64,000 nt of DNA from positions 1-64,000 of IMG/VR virus record IMGVR_UViG_3300020576_002141; one strand, given 5' to 3'. Positions 35,081 to 43,969 of the stretch are shown piece by piece. The position numbers and the translations under genes were made by a program. The DNA is from a virus (lineage: Duplodnaviria > Caudoviricetes). The notes under the pieces were generated by a model. That model was not told where the DNA came from. It saw only the letters and a program-made list of their open reading frames with translations, and did no database searches. How positions within the stretch are numbered: position 1 is the stretch's first letter; each line of letters opens with the position of its first letter.

Positions 35081-36326
35081 CGCAGTAACTAATGTTTCTT
35101 CCCCCGGTCAAGTTATTATAGATAAGGTTCAACTTATCTCGAATAACGGATTTATTATAGACTTGCGCCCATTTATGGTAGATATTACCATAACAGAAAG
35201 CATCAATGATATCTTTGTTTCCGGATTATTGAGTTTGACAGAATCGCTGAACTTGATAAGATTTGCTCCTATCATAGGCAACGAATATGTAAATATAGTT
35301 TTTTATACGCCTGGTAGACGAAAAATCGATTACACTTTTTATGTATCTAGAGTATCGAAGAGAATCTTAGAAAACAAAACAACAACTTACTACCTAGAGC
35401 TTTCCTCTATTGGGGCTATAACATCCACTTATAAAGCCATTTCTACATCATTTTCTAATATGACTTATAGTGAGATGGCTCAATCAATATACTCGGATTT
35501 CTTGAAACAAGAAAATACGAAGTTTTCGTATTATGACACAAAATATAAGAAAAATTATACGTGCGGTTATAAGCTACCGGCTGAAATATTAGCTGACCTT
35601 GCCTCGTTTGCTGCTGATACAGAAGGAAACAAAAATTACGTATTTTTTGAAACATTGAATAATGATTATATCTTTCGACCTCTTTTTGAAATCAACACCC
35701 CTTCTGTATTTCAATACTCTAACTTCTTTGCTGGATTAGCCGGCATCAACACATTGCTGGAATATACGAGAATACGAGAACTAGAAGTTTATGATACCGG
35801 TGATATCAAAAAGAATATTGCGGGTGGTGTGTTTGGATCTTGGTATTTGTCTGTGGACACCACGTACAAGGAAATAACCGAAGTCAATAAATCATATCAT
35901 GATTTGTTTTCTGAAGTAGGTCACGTAAATCAATTTCCTATTTTTCCAAAAGCTAATCAGTTTATTTCGTCGGCTCCTGGTGACATAGACGTTTTTCCAA
36001 AAGCATCTTATAATTATGACAATATCAAAGACAACGAGAATTATGGCGAAGTGATTTCTGGCAGAAACTTTCAGCTGGTTTCTAGTAACTCCTATTCTTT
36101 GGGTATAAACGTTCTAGGAGACTCCGATAGGCATCCTGGTGATAAGGTTACTGTCTTTATACAGTCTCCTCAGGCTACGGATATAGATGACGAAAAGGAT
36201 GATCCATATCTATCAGGATATTACACCATAAGCAAAATAAAACACCTAATAAGACCAGAACAATATCAAACAAATATCCTATTGATCAAAGATTCTAACT
36301 GGAAACCAGTAAAGGAAGAAAATTAA
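35073..36326 (+). CDS. Baseplate hub protein (gp27/late-control-D-like)
   Basis: ITESI...SGLLSL, YVFFETL, LSGYYTISKIKH; lies between gp53 and gp5. Confidence 0.6.
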   Translation: MDNAVTNVSSPGQVIIDKVQLISNNGFIIDLRPFMVDITITESINDIFVSGLLSLTESLNLIRFAPIIGNEYVNIVFYTPGRRKIDYTFYVSRVSKRILENKTTTYYLELSSIGAITSTYKAISTSFSNMTYSEMAQSIYSDFLKQENTKFSYYDTKYKKNYTCGYKLPAEILADLASFAADTEGNKNYVFFETLNNDYIFRPLFEINTPSVFQYSNFFAGLAGINTLLEYTRIRELEVYDTGDIKKNIAGGVFGSWYLSVDTTYKEITEVNKSYHDLFSEVGHVNQFPIFPKANQFISSAPGDIDVFPKASYNYDNIKDNENYGEVISGRNFQLVSSNSYSLGINVLGDSDRHPGDKVTVFIQSPQATDIDDEKDDPYLSGYYTISKIKHLIRPEQYQTNILLIKDSNWKPVKEEN

Positions 36327-37318
36327 TGTCTCCTGATTTTATATGGTGGCAGGGTATTGTAGAGGACGTAAACGACCCCCTAAAGATAGGAAGATGTCGA
36401 GTACGTATTATTGGATGTCATTCTTCAAATAAATCCGATGTTCCGACTTCATCATTGCCTTGGTCTCAACCAATACAGCCCATAACAAGCGCAGCCATCA
36501 GTGGTATAGGACTATCCCCCACCGGTATTGTTCAGGGATCGTGGGTATTTGGATTTTTTCAGGATGGAGAAAGAAAACAAATACCCATTATATTTGGTAC
36601 GTTAGCTGGTATTCCGCAGAAAGAACCATTGCCTTCCAAAGGATTTAATGATCCTGATGGACTATTTCCTAGAGAAAGTTATGTCGGAGAGTCTGATGTC
36701 AATAGGTTGGCTAGAAACGAAAACATAGAAAACACGGTTGTATCTACAAAGAAACAAAACGAAGAAACTGATATCGTATCTGCTCTAGGTGAGGAATGGT
36801 GGAAAGAACCATCTACTCCATATAACGCAGAATATCCAAAGAACAAAGTATTAGAAACGGAAAGCGGGCACATCGAAGAGTTCGATGATACTCCCGGATT
36901 TGAAAGAATTCACCGATACCATAAGTCTGGAACTTTTGAGGAAATTCATCCCGATGGGTCTAAGGTAACGAAGGTTATAGGCTCTTCATATTCTATAGTA
37001 GCTGGTAATAACAAAGTACTAATAAAAACAAATAACAGCACAAATATAGAAAAAGATGGTAATATAAAAATAGGTGAAAATTGTAATGTCGAGATTGAAG
37101 GAAATGTTAACCTCTTTATCAAAGGAAACATTATTTTAGAATGCGACGGGGATGTTAATCAACAGATAGCAGGAACTTATACAGTAGTTTCGAATGGAAA
37201 TATGACATTACTGGCACCAAGAATTGACTTGAATCCAAACGGCTTCTCATCAAGCGACGTAAATGATCCTATAAGCCCATCTATACCACAATACGACTCT
37301 AACGGTAATCCTCAATAA
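36326..37318 (+). CDS. gp5: Baseplate central spike, gp5-like, without lysozyme domain
   Basis: WWQGIVEDVNDPLKIGRCRVR OB fold; YPKNKVLETESGH, HKSGTFEEIHPDG; C-terminal beta-helix repeats. Confidence 0.9.
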   Translation: MSPDFIWWQGIVEDVNDPLKIGRCRVRIIGCHSSNKSDVPTSSLPWSQPIQPITSAAISGIGLSPTGIVQGSWVFGFFQDGERKQIPIIFGTLAGIPQKEPLPSKGFNDPDGLFPRESYVGESDVNRLARNENIENTVVSTKKQNEETDIVSALGEEWWKEPSTPYNAEYPKNKVLETESGHIEEFDDTPGFERIHRYHKSGTFEEIHPDGSKVTKVIGSSYSIVAGNNKVLIKTNNSTNIEKDGNIKIGENCNVEIEGNVNLFIKGNIILECDGDVNQQIAGTYTVVSNGNMTLLAPRIDLNPNGFSSSDVNDPISPSIPQYDSNGNPQ

Positions 37319-38316
37319 TGTCAATAGATATTACACAACTATCTTCTGAAGTGTCTGGACTTATACTCGCTGCGGGTGTGAGCGGAAACCTTATAGCATT
37401 GGTTCAAGGGGAACAAGGCGAACAAGGCGATCAAGGCTTACAGGGAAATGATGGTATAGGAATAACATCTGGCGGGCTATCTGGGCAGTTTCTTATCAAA
37501 GCCGGAACTGCTGATTATGAGACACAATGGGCATCTTTGACTATCACTTCGGGGCTTATCGGTGGCGTTTATGTCGATACTCCTTCTAATGGGCAGGCAT
37601 TGGTTTGGGATGACGCAAACCAATATTTCACTAATCGAGATGTTAGTGGAAGCTCGTCCTCTTCTTCCGCAGCATCCACGTCTATTACCGTAACGCAAGC
37701 AGCTCACGGATTAACAACCGGACAAGTAGTATATTACAACGGATCTATCTGGAGAAAAGCTCAGGCTGATTCTACATCGACATTAGGAATCGGTATAGTA
37801 CAATACTTAACCCCGAATACGTTTAACGTAGTATTCTCTGGGCAGGTATCTGGATTTTCTGGATTATCAGCTGGCAACTATTATTTCGTATCTGATAGTT
37901 TGAGCGGCGGGCTAACTTACAACGAACCAACTATAAGCAACCCACTTGTATTTGCGGTAAGTACCACAGCCGGAATTGTCATTCCTTGGAGACCAGTTGA
38001 TAATAGCGCATTTCAATCAGATTATGTTAGCGTTACTGCTGGAGTTTTCACGGTATCTCAGCTAGTAGATTATATTTACTGCGATTGCTCTTTAGGAGGA
38101 ATAACTGCTTCTCTCCTTTCGGTAGCAGATATTCCCGGGAAAGCGTATACTTTCAAAAAGCTGGATTCTTCTTCTGTCAATAACATAAAAATACAACCAG
38201 ATGGCTCAGAGCTATTAGAATCTGGATCGAACTATACACTAACAGGCCAGTATAGCTCTATAACAATAGGAAACAACGGCGTTCAGTGGTATATCCATAA
38301 TATTTACAGAGCATGA
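37318..38316 (+). CDS. Virion structural/fibre protein (short collagen, 'HGL' domain, C-terminal KKxD domain)
   Basis: GEQGEQGDQGLQGNDG; shares domains with the ORFs at 51300 and 56237. Confidence 0.7.
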   Translation: MSIDITQLSSEVSGLILAAGVSGNLIALVQGEQGEQGDQGLQGNDGIGITSGGLSGQFLIKAGTADYETQWASLTITSGLIGGVYVDTPSNGQALVWDDANQYFTNRDVSGSSSSSSAASTSITVTQAAHGLTTGQVVYYNGSIWRKAQADSTSTLGIGIVQYLTPNTFNVVFSGQVSGFSGLSAGNYYFVSDSLSGGLTYNEPTISNPLVFAVSTTAGIVIPWRPVDNSAFQSDYVSVTAGVFTVSQLVDYIYCDCSLGGITASLLSVADIPGKAYTFKKLDSSSVNNIKIQPDGSELLESGSNYTLTGQYSSITIGNNGVQWYIHNIYRA

Positions 38317-38978
38317 CAACTACTCCATTATCAACGTTTCAATTTACTGATTTCGTTACAGGAGAACCGAAGACCTTCTCCTATAATGACCGAGGTGGCA
38401 GCACCCTCAGTATGTTTACGAATAACAGGATAAACACGTCTTTGGGAGTTGCTCCGGTATATCTAGGAACGATAAATCATTATAATACGGTGTCAGATAT
38501 GAGGCGCGGAGTATGGACTTCTATTTCTCTGGGAGCCACAATCAGGAGAACGGCTCCGGGTGGACCAATAGGAGAACTTACTTATGGAAGCTATCGGATT
38601 AGTATTCTTGATGGTTTACCGACAGGACTATCCTATCGCGTAGAAAATGATGAAGTTGTGTTTTATGGCAATGATATTCAGTCTATTCCACCAGAAATCC
38701 AACAAGTTATAGATAATCCAACAACCGATAATTATCCAGTAAATATGGTTATAAATAATCTAAGGTGCTATTTCAGAATACGAGCGGAAAGAATATCTTT
38801 TCCTGATACATTATATAGTACATGGCTATACTATTTCATAGTCAGGACCAACTGGTCAACTATACGTGATGCGTTTATAGGAAATATGCCCTGTAATAAC
38901 TTTTCGTTCGATCAAATACATACAGTTTCTAATCAAGAGTTTATAGATACTCAAAAAGCCGACGGGTACTACTTATAG
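38313..38978 (+). CDS. Hypothetical protein
   Basis: 221-aa ORF coupled to the upstream gene. Confidence 0.7.
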   Translation: MTTTPLSTFQFTDFVTGEPKTFSYNDRGGSTLSMFTNNRINTSLGVAPVYLGTINHYNTVSDMRRGVWTSISLGATIRRTAPGGPIGELTYGSYRISILDGLPTGLSYRVENDEVVFYGNDIQSIPPEIQQVIDNPTTDNYPVNMVINNLRCYFRIRAERISFPDTLYSTWLYYFIVRTNWSTIRDAFIGNMPCNNFSFDQIHTVSNQEFIDTQKADGYYL

Positions 38979-38988
38979 AAAGGGCAAT

Positions 38989-39594
38989 ATGTTTGTAAGC
39001 TTACTATTACTATTATCTGATACATTTTCTATATTTAAGAATATTGAAGTTTATTTGGGTATTGTAGCAGGAATGCTCACAGCTGGTGCGACCATCTGGA
39101 AGTTTGTAGTGATACCGGCTAGAAGAAATCTAAAGAAAATATCGGACGCTATTTCGTCTATTGGAGAGATTTCTTCTAGTATTAAACCAAACGGTGGTTC
39201 TTCTATAATGGATAGGCTATCCAGAATAGAGAAAACTATACTTTATTCTGAATCTAGACACAAGCTTCTCACATCCGCTGTTAATGTTGCTATGTTCGAA
39301 ACCGACAGTCAAGGAACTTGCCTTTGGGTAGCTCCCTCTTGGACGGAAATAACTGGGATAGATAACGAAGACGCTCATGAAAATGGTTGGCTGAACTCTA
39401 TACATCCCGATGAAAGAGAAGAAGTCTACAAACAATGGCAAGCTGCGGTAGAGCAAAAACGAGAATTTAGAATGACCTATAACATAGTTAATATTAAAAC
39501 AAACGATATTATTCATGTCAGGGGGTTAGCAAGGTCTCTTCGGGACCACAAAGGTAATGTTATAGGATTCGTAGGACTAATAAAGAGGATTTAA
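38989..39594 (+). CDS. Membrane-anchored PAS-domain protein
   Basis: Hydrophobic N-terminus, PNGGSSIMD motif, then a PAS pattern FETDSQG...WTEITG...GWLNSIHPDERE...RDHKGNVIGFVG. Confidence 0.85.
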   Translation: MFVSLLLLLSDTFSIFKNIEVYLGIVAGMLTAGATIWKFVVIPARRNLKKISDAISSIGEISSSIKPNGGSSIMDRLSRIEKTILYSESRHKLLTSAVNVAMFETDSQGTCLWVAPSWTEITGIDNEDAHENGWLNSIHPDEREEVYKQWQAAVEQKREFRMTYNIVNIKTNDIIHVRGLARSLRDHKGNVIGFVGLIKRI

Positions 39595-39596
39595 TA

Positions 39597-39890
39597 ATGC
39601 CATGCATGGGTGCTGCTAGGTTGGGTGATTGGTGTTCTGGCCACGGTTGCTTTCCACCAAGACAAAACAATGAAGGATCTCCTACCGTGTTTGTCAATGG
39701 AAGAGGATGGCACAGGAAAGGCGACAACTGGCAGAGACATTCGTGCGGCGACAACAGACACTCTGGCACTCTAGCAGAAGGCTCCAGCACAGTCTTTATA
39801 AACAGCACACCGGCTGGAAGATTTGGTGATCCAGTTTCTTGCGGATCTGCTGTCATTACCGCTAGCGGAAATGTGATTTGTGGAGGTTAG
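39597..39890 (+). CDS. PAAR spike-tip protein (gp5.4-like)
   Basis: ARLGDWCSGHGCFPP, GSPTVFVNG, HSC...H, GDPVSCG. Confidence 0.93.
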   Translation: MPCMGAARLGDWCSGHGCFPPRQNNEGSPTVFVNGRGWHRKGDNWQRHSCGDNRHSGTLAEGSSTVFINSTPAGRFGDPVSCGSAVITASGNVICGG

Positions 39891-39903
39891 CTAAATATAA
39901 AAT

Positions 39904-40290
39904 ATGGATAACATCAAATATAGAGATCTAGATTTAGACTTTCAACGTCATCCAGTAACGAATGACGTTGTTGTTAAGATAAATGCCGATGCGGTTCGTC
40001 GTTCTGTTAGAAATCTTGTTTTGATGAACTTGTTTGATAAGCCCTTTCATCCAGAAATCAGCACCAACCTCTCGGGTATCTTATTTGAAAATATAACTCC
40101 ACAAACCATTTATATACTAAAACAAAATATTCTCGATATATTGAGAAAATACGAAAAGCGTATCCAGCCAATCATTGTTGAAGTTAATGCTGATTTCAAC
40201 AACAATGCTGTTTATGCTTTAATAGAATTTTATATAGTAAATATTCCAGGTAGATTTTCAGTAAATGTGCCGCTAGTAAGGACCAGATAA
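39904..40290 (+). CDS. gp25: Baseplate wedge subunit
   Basis: YRDLDLDFQRHPVTND...AVRRSVRNL...KPFHPE...YEKR. Confidence 0.93.
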   Translation: MDNIKYRDLDLDFQRHPVTNDVVVKINADAVRRSVRNLVLMNLFDKPFHPEISTNLSGILFENITPQTIYILKQNILDILRKYEKRIQPIIVEVNADFNNNAVYALIEFYIVNIPGRFSVNVPLVRTR

Positions 40291-42215
40291 TGGCAACAAA
40301 TAGATCAAATCTTTCTATTACATCATTAGATTTTGATTCAATCAAGGAAAGCTTAAAAACTTATCTTAAAGCGCAAGATCAGTTCAGAGACTATGACTTC
40401 GAGGGGTCTGGTCTTAATATTCTATTAGATCTTTTATCTGCTAATACACATTATATGGCATTCTATGCCAATATGGTAGCCAATGAAAGCTTTTTGGATA
40501 GCTGTAAGATACCAGAATCTGCTATTTCTATTGCTAAGCATTTAGATTATGTTCCAAAATCATACAGAGCCGCTGTAACCTATGTTAACGTAGAACTGTT
40601 GAATGTTCCAGAAGAGACAAAGATAGCCATACGAAACGGGCGATCATACTACATTGTCCAAGGATCTCAGTTCACAGCCAAGAATCCAGATGGAAGAACA
40701 CTGACTTTTACTTCAACAAAAGATTCAAAAGTAGTCTATGATTCCGGTAAGTACATAGCAAACGATATAGAAATCAAAGAAGGAACTTATAAAACTGTAA
40801 CCTATATTGTTGATGCAAACAATGATACTCAAAAATTTATTATTCCGGAACCAAATGTCGATACTACTACGATAGAGGTAAGAGTACAAAGATCGTTAAC
40901 AGACACCACCGATTCTACTAGATTGTGGTATCTCGTAACAGATCTGAATAAGCTAACTGAAGACTCTTATTCTTACTTTCTTCAATACCACGATGGTGCA
41001 TTTGAAATATATTTCGGAGATGGTATTGTAGGAAAACAACCAGAAACAGGAAACGTTGTAACAATAAAGTATCTTATTACATCTGGTCCGGAAGGAAACG
41101 AAATCGGAAAGAATGAATCCGCCTCGTCTCCTACTTTCACATACCTCGGCGACGCAGATTCGTCTGTCACTATTTCTACGGATACAAATGGAACATACAT
41201 CTACACGTACGGTGGTTCTCTGCTTGAAAGTCTAGAATCTATCAAATACTACGCTCCAAGAAACTATCAAGCACAAGAAAGAGCGGTGACTGCTGAGGAT
41301 TATCGCACCTTATTAGCCAGACAATACAGCGAACAAGCCGATTCCGTATTTGTTTGGGGTGGTGAAGACAATGATCCTCCGATTTATGGAAAGGTATTTG
41401 TTTCCATCAAACCAACAAATGGCAAAAAATTCACTCAAGCCGAAAAATCAGCTATAGCAAAGAATATTCTCAAAGAGAGAAATCTAGTATCAATAACACC
41501 GGAGATAGTAGATCCAGATTATCTGTATGTTCTAGTAACATCTGAAGTTCTATATGATCCAAAGAAAACCTCTTTGTCTCAAACATCACTAGAAAATTTG
41601 GTTACACAAGGAATAATAGACTTCAGTGATACTTACTTGGAAAAGTTTGATAGAAATCTAAGATACTCCCGTTTCAGTTCAGAAATAGACAATATGGAAG
41701 ATTCTATATTAAGTAATATCACCACATTCAGATTACAAAAAAGATTTGAACCAAATCTGGGAGTCACATCTTCGTATAGTATAAAGTTTGATAATGCCTT
41801 ATTTCACCCCGTTGACGGATATTCTTCTATTCTGGAAAGTAACGCCTTCTATTATTACGACCCAGTAACTACAGAAAATAAAGTATGTTACTTAGATGAT
41901 GATGGTTATGGAAACGTAAGAATATACAAAGTGGTCGATCAAGACAAAATCTACATAAATGAAACTGCTGGTACAATAAACTATACCACAGGAAAAGTAA
42001 CTTTAACTTCATTTAAGCCTGTTTCTATCTACGATGCAGCAGAATCAGAAATAAGAATAACAGTAACTCCTAATAAATCAGATTTGTATTCTAGAAGAAA
42101 TCTAATACTTATACTCGACGAAGATTATATTGACGTTACAGCTACAAAAGAAACATTAAGATATGATCCATATAATGCATCTGCTTCGTCATTCCCATAT
42201 AATACAGGAACATAA
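40290..42215 (+). CDS. gp6: Baseplate wedge subunit
   Basis: LDFDSIK...DYDFEGSGLNILLDLL, RAVTAEDY, WGGEDNDPP.YGKVF. Confidence 0.96.
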   Translation: MATNRSNLSITSLDFDSIKESLKTYLKAQDQFRDYDFEGSGLNILLDLLSANTHYMAFYANMVANESFLDSCKIPESAISIAKHLDYVPKSYRAAVTYVNVELLNVPEETKIAIRNGRSYYIVQGSQFTAKNPDGRTLTFTSTKDSKVVYDSGKYIANDIEIKEGTYKTVTYIVDANNDTQKFIIPEPNVDTTTIEVRVQRSLTDTTDSTRLWYLVTDLNKLTEDSYSYFLQYHDGAFEIYFGDGIVGKQPETGNVVTIKYLITSGPEGNEIGKNESASSPTFTYLGDADSSVTISTDTNGTYIYTYGGSLLESLESIKYYAPRNYQAQERAVTAEDYRTLLARQYSEQADSVFVWGGEDNDPPIYGKVFVSIKPTNGKKFTQAEKSAIAKNILKERNLVSITPEIVDPDYLYVLVTSEVLYDPKKTSLSQTSLENLVTQGIIDFSDTYLEKFDRNLRYSRFSSEIDNMEDSILSNITTFRLQKRFEPNLGVTSSYSIKFDNALFHPVDGYSSILESNAFYYYDPVTTENKVCYLDDDGYGNVRIYKVVDQDKIYINETAGTINYTTGKVTLTSFKPVSIYDAAESEIRITVTPNKSDLYSRRNLILILDEDYIDVTATKETLRYDPYNASASSFPYNTGT

Positions 42216-42217
42216 AT

Positions 42218-43945
42218 GTGTCTATAAACGGCGATAACAAAATATCTCCTATAATAAAGAATGATCTTCCTCAATTCGTCAGGTTAGATCATCCTACGTT
42301 TATAGCATTCATGGAAAAGTATTATGAATGGCTTGAAGAACAGGGATCTTATCTCAGATCTCCTCTGGCTCTATCTACAGTAAATGATATCGATAGTACG
42401 TTTGATGATTTTATTGGTAGTTTCAAAGCGCAGTTCTTGCTTGACTTTCCCGAAAATTTGGCTATAAACCAAACAACAGGAAATCCTGTAGACGCTAAAA
42501 AATTATTAAAGCACATCAAACAGTTCTATAGAGCAAAGGGAACAGAGAAGACCTATGAACTTCTATTCAGAATTCTATACGATACAAATGTAGAATTTTA
42601 TTATCCTAAGAATGATATACTTAGATGTTCTGATGGTAAGTGGATATTAAAAAAGACCATAAGAACTACTGTAACATCTGGATCTAAAATATTTCATTCC
42701 CTCGGGCAAACAATAAAGCAATTTTCTTCCTCCGGAGCTGTTACCGCGTCTGGTCAAGTTTCAAACATTTCGAGATATCAGCTCGGTACTTTGGAAATAT
42801 TTGAAATAGAAATAAACAACGTAAACGGAACTTTTCTAGCAAATGTTCCGGTTTATTATCAAGATAACTCCGGAAATACAATAAAAGAGCAGAAAGTTTA
42901 TTCTGTTGTTTCAACTATTTCTATATCTAATGGTGGACAAAAGTATAGAGTGGGAGACAGAGTTGTATTTACAAATGCATCGGGTGACTCTGGTCAGCAA
43001 GCATCTGCTGAGGTATCACAGGTTGATTCAACTGGTAAAATTCTAAAGATAGCTATAACAAACTTTGGAATAAACTACAATGCAGCTCCTACTATAGCCG
43101 TATCGTCTGTCAAGGGAACGGGATTCTCTGGAACAGCAACAATTGGTGGCTTGTGTAATTTCGATGGATACTATCAGAATAATGATGGAAAGTTAAGTTC
43201 TAATAAATTTTTACAGGACAATCATTATTATCAAAACTATTCCTATGTTTTGAAAACAGAAATAGTAGTTGATAGATATAAAGAAATAATCAAGAGATTG
43301 ATTCACCCAGCCGGTCTTGGGTTCTTCGGTCAAGTATTAATAAAACGATGCGCTGAAGCAGATCTTCATAAATCATCTGCTTTGGTAAGATACGAAGTTC
43401 CTATCATCGGTCATTATGCCCCATATACTCCAAGAACATATGATGACCTTTACAATTGGTTTCAATCTGGTTCAACGTTTGCTGGCTATAATCCATCCTT
43501 TCATGATCCAATTATTATAACAGCAGCCGATTGTAACCCACTGACTAATGGTATTGTTTATCTTTCCGGAACTACAGCAGATTGGCAAGGCCTTTCTGGA
43601 TTTGATAGAGCTGATCCTTTCTGGATAATATATCATCACCCAAATACAAGAATAGTAGATCCCGTAGTAGCTAGAATAGATTATGCTGATAAATGGGAGT
43701 TTGCTGGTACTGGCGGTGTGACAGGCTGGACAGAATGGACTATGACATCTCAAGACCAAAGAAATACATGGATAGATGGATTTACATCTGACTACAAGTA
43801 TGCCAAGTTACAATATACAGGAACCAGCGAATTTAGAAAAATATCTATTAGAAGTTTCTTGACAATGCCTTTGGGTGATGAGTTTGATTGTAGAGCAGAT
43901 CCGTCGGGCATAGTTCAATCACATGGCGAAAGTCCAAATTTTTGA
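42218..43945 (+). CDS. Baseplate wedge initiator (gp7-like)
   Basis: LPQFVR.DHPTFIAFMEKYYEWL, YRAKGTE, QNYSYVLK, IHPAG; lies between gp6 and gp8. Confidence 0.8.
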   Translation: MSINGDNKISPIIKNDLPQFVRLDHPTFIAFMEKYYEWLEEQGSYLRSPLALSTVNDIDSTFDDFIGSFKAQFLLDFPENLAINQTTGNPVDAKKLLKHIKQFYRAKGTEKTYELLFRILYDTNVEFYYPKNDILRCSDGKWILKKTIRTTVTSGSKIFHSLGQTIKQFSSSGAVTASGQVSNISRYQLGTLEIFEIEINNVNGTFLANVPVYYQDNSGNTIKEQKVYSVVSTISISNGGQKYRVGDRVVFTNASGDSGQQASAEVSQVDSTGKILKIAITNFGINYNAAPTIAVSSVKGTGFSGTATIGGLCNFDGYYQNNDGKLSSNKFLQDNHYYQNYSYVLKTEIVVDRYKEIIKRLIHPAGLGFFGQVLIKRCAEADLHKSSALVRYEVPIIGHYAPYTPRTYDDLYNWFQSGSTFAGYNPSFHDPIIITAADCNPLTNGIVYLSGTTADWQGLSGFDRADPFWIIYHHPNTRIVDPVVARIDYADKWEFAGTGGVTGWTEWTMTSQDQRNTWIDGFTSDYKYAKLQYTGTSEFRKISIRSFLTMPLGDEFDCRADPSGIVQSHGESPNF

Positions 43946-43969
43946 GATAAATAACTAAAGAGGAAACAT

